Under the pieces are notes generated by a model. It searched no databases. It saw nothing but the letters and a program-made list of their open reading frames with translations, and was not told where the DNA came from. 64,000 nt of DNA, taken from a virus. Made by a program: the position numbers and the translations under genes. The first letter of the stretch is position 1. Every line of letters begins with the position of its first letter. Below, in pieces: positions 57,513 through 64,000 of the stretch. The DNA is taken from IMG/VR virus record IMGVR_UViG_3300025030_000086, positions 9,158 through 73,157 of that record; one strand, given 5' to 3'.

Positions 57513-58835
57513 TTAATTGTCCATAAGTTCTGAGAACGTGCAAAAATTGCCCATGTCAAAATTAGTATAAATTCTAATCTGTGCCCATTTCTTTGAACTT
57601 CTTGATCTCATCACAAATAAACGTGCTTGATTTAATAGCAATTCTTCATTGGTCTGATTTATACTAATCGCCAAATCACATACATTAAGTATATCTATAC
57701 TCCCTCTAATATCTTTACTTTGTATAATTTTATTTCCTATAGCTGCTCTTTGACTATGTGTAGATGTCACAACTGCAATATTCTTTTCCATAGCTATACG
57801 CCGTAATTCATGGCTCAATTCTTCAAGTGCTTTCCAATCATCCCCACGTTTATTTTCATTATATTTTAGTCCCTGTAATCCATCAACTAATATTATATCT
57901 GGGGATTTCCCATGAGCTAATTCCAAATCACTGATTAAATTTTCTAATTTCCTAATAGACAATGTTTTATCTGGAAATTCTTTCAAAAACAAAGAACCTC
58001 CAAAACTCCTCATTGCTTTAAGAGACTTCTTGACTTTATTCACATTACCTAAATGGTCTGGTTTAAATCTAATTTTTTCCTTTCCTGACCAAATCTCCAA
58101 TTCTTCCATTGGTTTATTTGTTACACCTGAAAATCTTTGGAAAAATCTACTTTTAACTTGATGTTCAGACATCTCTGTTGTAATGTAAAGAATATCTTTG
58201 GAATATAGCAAAGCCTTGCTACCTAAGAAAATGAAAAAGAAAGATTTTCCTACATTCAAAGGGGCAACTATAACAGATAATTCTTTTCTCTTCAATCCAC
58301 CAATTATTAAATCAAGTGCTTTTATCCCTGTTGGGCAACAAATCTCACCATTATATTCATCATTATAAAATCCTTTCAAATCTTCTTCTAATAAATTTAC
58401 TGTATTAGAATATCCTATTTTATCTAATAATAATTTTTTAACCCTTTCCTCAATGCCATCAATATCATTATTATCAAGTAATTCTACGCTTTCTATAAGT
58501 GTTTTTTCCCATAGCCTTTTTCTAAGGAACAAATCTAATTTATCAAAAATGTATTCTTTAATGTAAACTTCAGAAAATAATTTATTTAAATAGGCTATTA
58601 TTATAGTTTGTTCATTTTCTGGAAAATTTGTTAAAATAATTTCGTCAGCTTTTTCTCCTATAGTAACTCCATATTTATCATAAAAGTCAAAAGATATTTT
58701 ACATATTTGCTTTTGAATTGAGGATTTAAAAATATCAGGATTAATTTTGTTTCTGCAAATAATTAGGAATTTTAAATCCGTAAGAATTAAAAACAAAATC
58801 CCATTTTGAATATCATCACTCAATGTTTCATTCAT
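57513..58835 (-). CDS. dnaB: replicative helicase
   Basis: PTGI..LD..IGG, APLNVGKS, TEMS, ILVD, L..IA.E. Confidence 0.88.
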   Translation of the reverse strand: MNETLSDDIQNGILFLILTDLKFLIICRNKINPDIFKSSIQKQICKISFDFYDKYGVTIGEKADEIILTNFPENEQTIIIAYLNKLFSEVYIKEYIFDKLDLFLRKRLWEKTLIESVELLDNNDIDGIEERVKKLLLDKIGYSNTVNLLEEDLKGFYNDEYNGEICCPTGIKALDLIIGGLKRKELSVIVAPLNVGKSFFFIFLGSKALLYSKDILYITTEMSEHQVKSRFFQRFSGVTNKPMEELEIWSGKEKIRFKPDHLGNVNKVKKSLKAMRSFGGSLFLKEFPDKTLSIRKLENLISDLELAHGKSPDIILVDGLQGLKYNENKRGDDWKALEELSHELRRIAMEKNIAVVTSTHSQRAAIGNKIIQSKDIRGSIDILNVCDLAISINQTNEELLLNQARLFVMRSRSSKKWAQIRIYTNFDMGNFCTFSELMDN

Positions 58836-59563
58836 ATTTTATTTCTCATTATATTTTTATAGAATTCCGTCCAGTAATTTCTTTTGTTTTTTCCATTAGT
58901 TCTTGTATGACAGGAAGTGCCTAAAGTAATTAAATTTTCTGGATTATTATTCTTTTTATTGTAATCAATATGATGAACATGAAGTCTATCATGTATTTCA
59001 GTGCAATTCGGAAATTGGCACATATAATTATCTCTTTCAAGTATAGATTTCTTTATTTGTTTAAACTCCTTTGGATATATTTCAAAAGATTTACCGCCTT
59101 GCCAAGAAGGACTATTTTCACCAGCAAATCTACCTTTTCTTGCTTTTGATATATTTTGTCTATGCTCCTTTGTAAATACTTTTCCTAATGTTTTCCCTTT
59201 ATTACTTTCGCCTATTTTACGTTTTGTTTCTTCTGGACGATGCTTTCCATACATGGGGTGCTTTTCCTTGGTTCTACCAAAAGCAGGGCATTCCTCTCCC
59301 CTTTTTCCAAACATTGGATTATTCACCCCATTAAAATCCGCATGATTTTCTTTCATTTTTTGTTTATGATTTTCACTTTTCTTTTTTCCTTTAAGTGATA
59401 CAGATTTTAATTCATTGGATATGCAACCACAAGATTTATCTCTTTTTCCAGAACTAAGGTCTTTTTCTACTTCTTGGAAACAAAAAGGACATTTAAATAC
59501 AGCATAACTTACATTATTACCACTTTTATTTTTTCTTACACCCAATCTTTTAATTAATTCCAT
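58832..59563 (-). CDS. HNH homing endonuclease with Zn-ribbon and NUMOD3 repeats
   Basis: KSCGC, NPMFGK/HPMYGKH repeats, W.GG, ERDNY.CQ, HVHHIDYNK.NN..NLI. Confidence 0.85.
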   Translation of the reverse strand: MELIKRLGVRKNKSGNNVSYAVFKCPFCFQEVEKDLSSGKRDKSCGCISNELKSVSLKGKKKSENHKQKMKENHADFNGVNNPMFGKRGEECPAFGRTKEKHPMYGKHRPEETKRKIGESNKGKTLGKVFTKEHRQNISKARKGRFAGENSPSWQGGKSFEIYPKEFKQIKKSILERDNYMCQFPNCTEIHDRLHVHHIDYNKKNNNPENLITLGTSCHTRTNGKNKRNYWTEFYKNIMRNKI

Positions 59564-60320
59564 AAAACAACTTTCTCTCTTCTTCCAGCATCTTTTTTTC
59601 TTCAAACATTAATTTTTCCTTATCTATATCAGAAACATCCCTTGGATAAAACATTAATATTTCTTTCCCTTCTTCGGATAACCAATTTAAAAATTTATCC
59701 TGTGCAAATTTTGATACAAGAAAACCCAAATCATACTTTTTGCCACCTAAAGAATCAAACAGCACAAGAAAATATAATTCCACAAATCTCTTTAATAAAA
59801 GTCTCTTATCCCATAAAGGCTTCAAAAATAAGTATAATTGCATAAATATTTCTTCATCTTGTTCTGTAAAAATACCTGTATATTTAATTCCTGCATCATT
59901 CAGATAAGCAAGTTTAAATCCTTCCATTATTGGAGATATGTTTGATGCTTCCCCGTGCTTTAATACTAGCATAATTTTAGAAAAATTGTAATAAAAAATG
60001 CCTATACTCCAACAATTTTTCAAAGCTAAATTATCTCTACTTACAAAGTATTTTTCACATGCTTTTTGCAAAAATTCTAATTTATGTTCACAGCCAAAAA
60101 TAGAAATATCTTCATAAGTCTTTAATAATTTATTTATTAATTTTATATCTTTCCCAAACTCTATCTTAGCCGGAATTCCAAATAAAGTTTCATACCTTTC
60201 AGCATAATATTCTAAAAATTCTTTAGAAATAAGTGAGTTAGGATTTATCTTTTTATTTAGAGATACTTTTTCACTTATTACAATATCTTCAAATAAATTT
60301 GTTGTTTTCTTTCGTTTCAT
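59550..60320 (-). CDS. hypothetical protein in replication operon
   Basis: 256-aa ORF between exonuclease and helicase. Confidence 0.6.
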   Translation of the reverse strand: MKRKKTTNLFEDIVISEKVSLNKKINPNSLISKEFLEYYAERYETLFGIPAKIEFGKDIKLINKLLKTYEDISIFGCEHKLEFLQKACEKYFVSRDNLALKNCWSIGIFYYNFSKIMLVLKHGEASNISPIMEGFKLAYLNDAGIKYTGIFTEQDEEIFMQLYLFLKPLWDKRLLLKRFVELYFLVLFDSLGGKKYDLGFLVSKFAQDKFLNWLSEEGKEILMFYPRDVSDIDKEKLMFEEKKMLEEERKLFYGIN

Positions 60321-61173
60321 TTATAAGTAACTGCTTAAAATCTGATAAATTTAATTTATTCAAATTATATTCTTGAAATAAAGCAATAAAAGCTTTCTTA
60401 TCAAAACTGCTCTGTGGAATTTTAATATTTATTTTATCACTCTCAAATGGTATACGTATAAGTTCAACATTCATTTCAAGATCAACTTCCTTGCCATAAA
60501 TGCTCAACCAATGATTCCAGCACCGTCCCTGCTGTATAAGTTTTACAGCCCTCTTTACACCAATACCTTCTACACCCTTGATATTGTCACCTTTATCCCC
60601 CATTAATGCCTTCACATAGATGTACTTTTCAGGAATTATACCAAACTCTTTTTTAAAATCAAGTATGGAATAAAATTCTTTTCTATGGGGCAAATATTGA
60701 ACCACCCTATCCCCAAGTAATTGATACATATCATTATCTGAACTAACTATAATAAATTGATTATCAATACTGGATTCTTTTACAAAATAGGCTATTAAAT
60801 CGTCTGCTTCATAACCTTCTAATGATATATTTGCCCAATCTCCTAAAGTCTTTAAACTATCCTTTAATTTATCTAATAAAGTGTAATGATTTGCTTTATT
60901 TTTAAAATCTGTACTTGATTTACTTTGCCTATTTCCTTTATAATCGGAATATAATTTCTTCCTATTATTAATTTTTGAATCCCATATTAAAATAATATTA
61001 GTTGGTTGATTATATTTTTGTTTTATTTTATTGCATGTGGATAATAATCCTGTAAAGAAGGAATGAATGAATAAATTTACTTGGTGGGATGATTGAAATT
61101 GTGAATCATAACTTGGAATAGAAGTTAAAATTCTTATGGCAAAATTATTACCATCAAAAAGAATATTGAGCAT
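60289..61173 (-). CDS. 5'-3' exonuclease/flap endonuclease
   Basis: FDGNN, YKGNR, YEADDLI, SSDNDMYQL, GDKGDNIKGV.GIG.K.A. Confidence 0.92.
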   Translation of the reverse strand: MLNILFDGNNFAIRILTSIPSYDSQFQSSHQVNLFIHSFFTGLLSTCNKIKQKYNQPTNIILIWDSKINNRKKLYSDYKGNRQSKSSTDFKNKANHYTLLDKLKDSLKTLGDWANISLEGYEADDLIAYFVKESSIDNQFIIVSSDNDMYQLLGDRVVQYLPHRKEFYSILDFKKEFGIIPEKYIYVKALMGDKGDNIKGVEGIGVKRAVKLIQQGRCWNHWLSIYGKEVDLEMNVELIRIPFESDKINIKIPQSSFDKKAFIALFQEYNLNKLNLSDFKQLLINETKENNKFI

Positions 61174-61190
61174 TTAAATGCCTCTCCTTA

Positions 61191-61895
61191 TTATAAAATA
61201 TTAATAATTATATTTTGATAATAATCTGTCCAATAAGTTCTGTTATTTTTACCATTTGTTTTTGCATGACAAGAAGAACATAAAGCAATTAAATTTTTTG
61301 AGTTATTATTCTTTTTATTATAGTCAATATGATGGACATGTAACTTTTTATGTTCTCCTTTACAATTTGGATCTTGACAAGTATAATTAGCTCTTTTTAA
61401 TATGGAGTGTTTTAAAGGTTTATTGAATTCAATACCATATTCTTCAAATGATTTACCATTCTGCCAATGGGGGGAATTTTCTCCGGTATATTTACCTGTT
61501 CTTGCTTTAGCTTGTTTTTGTTTTGATTCCTCAGTACGTTGTTTTCCAAACATACCGTTATTTTCGGGATTTTTATTTCTTTCTATTGCTGATTCTTTCA
61601 TTTTTTGTCTTGTTTCTTCTGTAGGATGTTTCCCTTTCTGTGCTTCAGAATATCTTTTTCGTTGTTCTTCTGTTCTTTTTTTACCAAAATTTGGACTTAA
61701 TTTCCCCTTTTTTCCATATTGAAAATTGTATATTCCTTTATTTTTAATGCAACCACATGATTTTGCTTTCTTGCCATCACTCAACCGTCTTTCTACTTCT
61801 TTATTACAATTATCAAATGAACACCAAAAGACACCCCAACTTTCCATCCTTCCTAATTTATTTAGTCTTGTCCCCAATTTTCTAATCAATTCCAT
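61191..61895 (-). CDS. HNH homing endonuclease with Zn-ribbon and NUMOD3 repeats
   Basis: KSCGC, TEE.R repeats, HVHHIDYNKKNN..NLI.LC..CH. Confidence 0.85.
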   Translation of the reverse strand: MELIRKLGTRLNKLGRMESWGVFWCSFDNCNKEVERRLSDGKKAKSCGCIKNKGIYNFQYGKKGKLSPNFGKKRTEEQRKRYSEAQKGKHPTEETRQKMKESAIERNKNPENNGMFGKQRTEESKQKQAKARTGKYTGENSPHWQNGKSFEEYGIEFNKPLKHSILKRANYTCQDPNCKGEHKKLHVHHIDYNKKNNNSKNLIALCSSCHAKTNGKNNRTYWTDYYQNIIINIL

Positions 61896-62063
61896 ATTAT
61901 TTTTCCTCTAAACCTTGCTTAATATTTTTTCTATGCTCACGTCTTAATCTTTTAATAGATAACCTTTTATTCTGTTCAAGTGGTTCACCTTCTTTATCAT
62001 CTAAATAAGGATTTCTCTTCATAGTAATTTTTCTCTTAGGTTCTTTTCTTTCAAATCGTATAC

Positions 62064-62468
62064 TCACAAACATCCCATATGTGTTTCACGGTTAATATCT
62101 TCCAAAACTACTTTTCTAAACGCCAAAGAAATCATATAATCATATTCACCACTATATCTCTCAGTTGGCTCTACTCCAAATTTCAGTCCAAAATATAACT
62201 GATAACCTTTCTTGCCAAGACTCCTATCTTTATATAATTTACCAAAACTTATAGATACAAAAAATGGGAAAAATAGATTAATCCTTACAAGATATAAATC
62301 TAATGTGAAGATATGCCAAGGTTTTAAGGGAAGAAAAAAATGTACCCCAATATTATTTGGATGCTTCTTCAACCTCAACAATCTAAACAGTATAAACTCT
62401 TGCAATATAATAGATTTTTGGTATAAATATTCCAATATTTTGTTATTTGGATAAAAAGTACCAAGCAT
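62064..62468 (-). CDS. hypothetical protein
   Basis: 134-aa ORF in arm orientation. Confidence 0.5.
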   Translation of the reverse strand: MLGTFYPNNKILEYLYQKSIILQEFILFRLLRLKKHPNNIGVHFFLPLKPWHIFTLDLYLVRINLFFPFFVSISFGKLYKDRSLGKKGYQLYFGLKFGVEPTERYSGEYDYMISLAFRKVVLEDINRETHMGCL

Positions 62469-62650
62469 TTTAAAATTCTCCTATTGTTTAAGTATATCAG
62501 AAATTTGTTAGAAAGCAATCATTTTTTTGAAGTTTTTTGTACTAATTCAGGTTCTTTTTCCCATTTCCCACATTTACAACAATAGAAGCCTCCATCATTT
62601 CTCATTTTACAGTAACAGTGATCCGACAAACATTTTTTCACCTTAACCTC

Positions 62651-63073
62651 TTATTTATTTTTAGTTCTCCACATCTTCTCAATACCCCTTGTACCAGCAC
62701 TAACTCCAAGAACAACCAACATAGCTGACCAGATACCGTCTGGAATTATTATTGGCTGTAATCCATAAGAAGCAAAATAAGGCATTAATATAAAATTGTT
62801 GCAAATCAAAGCTACAAAGCAAAACCCTACCAACGGACGCCAAGCATAAACTATAAATTTATCTGATTGTGCCTCAGTCCTCATAGTTGCATTTACTGTT
62901 TCTAATTGTGCTTGTATATTTTTTTCCTCTTCAAGGGCTAATTCCAAAGCCTTTATTTTAAATTCCTCCTTCTCTTTATCGGAAATAGTTGGAGGAAGAT
63001 ATTTATCTACTAATTTCCCAACAACCTTTCCTACAGTGCTGCTTAACAAATCTCCAATTATAGGCAATCCCAT
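62651..63073 (-). CDS. holin (3TM/GTA-holin-like)
   Basis: EAQS..WRPLVG..LG....RG.EK. Confidence 0.75.
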   Translation of the reverse strand: MGLPIIGDLLSSTVGKVVGKLVDKYLPPTISDKEKEEFKIKALELALEEEKNIQAQLETVNATMRTEAQSDKFIVYAWRPLVGFCFVALICNNFILMPYFASYGLQPIIIPDGIWSAMLVVLGVSAGTRGIEKMWRTKNK

Positions 63074-63082
63074 AAAACCTCC

Positions 63083-63358
63083 TTAAAAAATTTTTGCTAT
63101 AACTCCACCAATTATACTTGCTATACCCAATTTGGTGACTTCCCAAAGTCTGTTGTTACCAGTTTCTTTCATTTTTTTCATACTACTTGAGCATTCATCA
63201 ACATCTTTTTTTATATTTATAATTTCTATTTCTTGGCGTGCTTGATTTTGCATAATCTCAAGTATCTGTTTTTGACCATCCTTTAATTCCTTAATATCTG
63301 TTTGAATAGGATTTAAGTAAATTTCAAATAAGTCTTTAATTTCCATAATTAACTCCAA
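63083..63358 (-). CDS. coiled-coil protein with C-terminal TM (XhlA/holin-like)
   Basis: Coiled coil plus terminal hydrophobic helix, next to the holin. Confidence 0.5.
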   Translation of the reverse strand: MELIMEIKDLFEIYLNPIQTDIKELKDGQKQILEIMQNQARQEIEIINIKKDVDECSSSMKKMKETGNNRLWEVTKLGIASIIGGVIAKIF

Positions 63359-64000
63359 TCTTAATTATACTTTGATAGAATTCTGTCCAATATTGTCTTT
63401 TCTTTTTACCAAATGTCTTGGCATGGCAATTATCACATAAAGTTATAATATTCTCTGGATTATTGTTCTTTTTGTTATAATCAATATGATGCAAATCTAA
63501 AGCATCTGTTTTATATTCACAATCAGGACATTGACATGTGTAGTTATCACGTTCTAATATCTGTTGTTTTAATTCTTTGTTAAATTCTATACCATATTTT
63601 TCAAAAGATATTCCATTTTGCCAATTAGGGGATAGTTCTCCTGTTTTCCCTTTACGAGATTCAGACATTTTTTGTACTGTTTTTTCAGAATAAGGATTAT
63701 CTTTACCCTTGTTCCACGGTTCAACACCTTTATGAGATTCAGACATTTTTTGTCTTGCTTCCTCTGTTTGTTTTTTACCATACATGGGGTGATTTTCACC
63801 ACTAAAATCTGCATGATTATCTTTTATTTTTTGTCTTGCTTCCTCTGTATGTTTTTTGCCATAAAAAGGGTTATTTTCACCTTTAGTTGCTTCTCTCATT
63901 TTTTCTTTTGTTTCTTCCGTTGCTTTCATTCCTAAATGAGATTCCCTTACTTTTTGTCTCATTTCTTCAGAATATTGATTGCAACCACAAGATTTATTTC
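63336..64000 (-). CDS. HNH homing endonuclease with NUMOD3 repeats (5' end outside window)
   Basis: Frame open to the edge with NKSCGC; NPFYGKKHTEE repeats; LHHIDYNKKNN..CH. Confidence 0.85.
   Translation of the reverse strand, partial: NKSCGCNQYSEEMRQKVRESHLGMKATEETKEKMREATKGENNPFYGKKHTEEARQKIKDNHADFSGENHPMYGKKQTEEARQKMSESHKGVEPWNKGKDNPYSEKTVQKMSESRKGKTGELSPNWQNGISFEKYGIEFNKELKQQILERDNYTCQCPDCEYKTDALDLHHIDYNKKNNNPENIITLCDNCHAKTFGKKKRQYWTEFYQSIIKIGVNYGN

Noticed and set aside
51462-58835. Inteins or introns in polymerase, primase or helicase
   Set aside because: Protein lengths are normal with no splice-junction motifs, and the HNH genes lie between complete genes.
2833-63935. Short antisense or alternate-frame ORFs overlapping long genes (for example 3329-3535, 4681-5043, 26956-27486, 43767-44051, 61402-61722)
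   Set aside because: Shadow ORFs without RBS or motifs, overlapping well-supported genes.
1-64000. Diversity-generating retroelement or retron
   Set aside because: No reverse transcriptase motifs and no template/variable repeat pair with adenine-specific differences were seen.

Overview
AT-rich segment of a large tailed dsDNA phage genome, probably lytic, using the standard genetic code. From left to right: the start of a probable portal gene running off the left edge; a structured non-coding stretch; a DUF559 nuclease; tRNA-Gln(UUG) between divergent promoters. A + strand arm (2.1-20.7 kb) carries terminase, nucleotide metabolism (HAD nucleotidase, dNTP diphosphohydrolase-like, ThyX), an N4C/N6A methyltransferase plus radical SAM pair, an atypical tRNA-Gly-like RNA, an RNA ligase and a nucleotidyltransferase. 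A cassette of small genes (21.6-25.5 kb) is bracketed by two motif-dense non-coding blocks. An early region (26.1-39.1 kb) has repeated sigma70-type promoters, a mini-ComM, an SNF2 helicase, DUF932 and a short tyrosine recombinase. A - strand arm (39.1-64 kb) encodes split SbcC with SbcD, a resolvase, RecA, SSB, a clamp loader and clamp, a UDG-fused family A polymerase, a TAGT-like glycosyltransferase, primase, DnaB, a 5'-3' exonuclease and a holin. Nine HNH-type homing endonuclease genes plus one remnant are scattered throughout. The most unusual signals are non-coding: (i) a strand-polarised (TG)AGCTACCTA motif repeated inside and between genes, (ii) arrays of NrdR-box-like, IHF-like and palindromic sites forming repeated composite modules at region boundaries, (iii) a non-canonical tRNA-Gly-like RNA, (iv) DNA-modification enzymes sharing an identical QQKLI tail, and (v) a leader pseudoknot ahead of the recombination/SSB operon. 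All product calls come from motif recognition by eye; no database searches were run.
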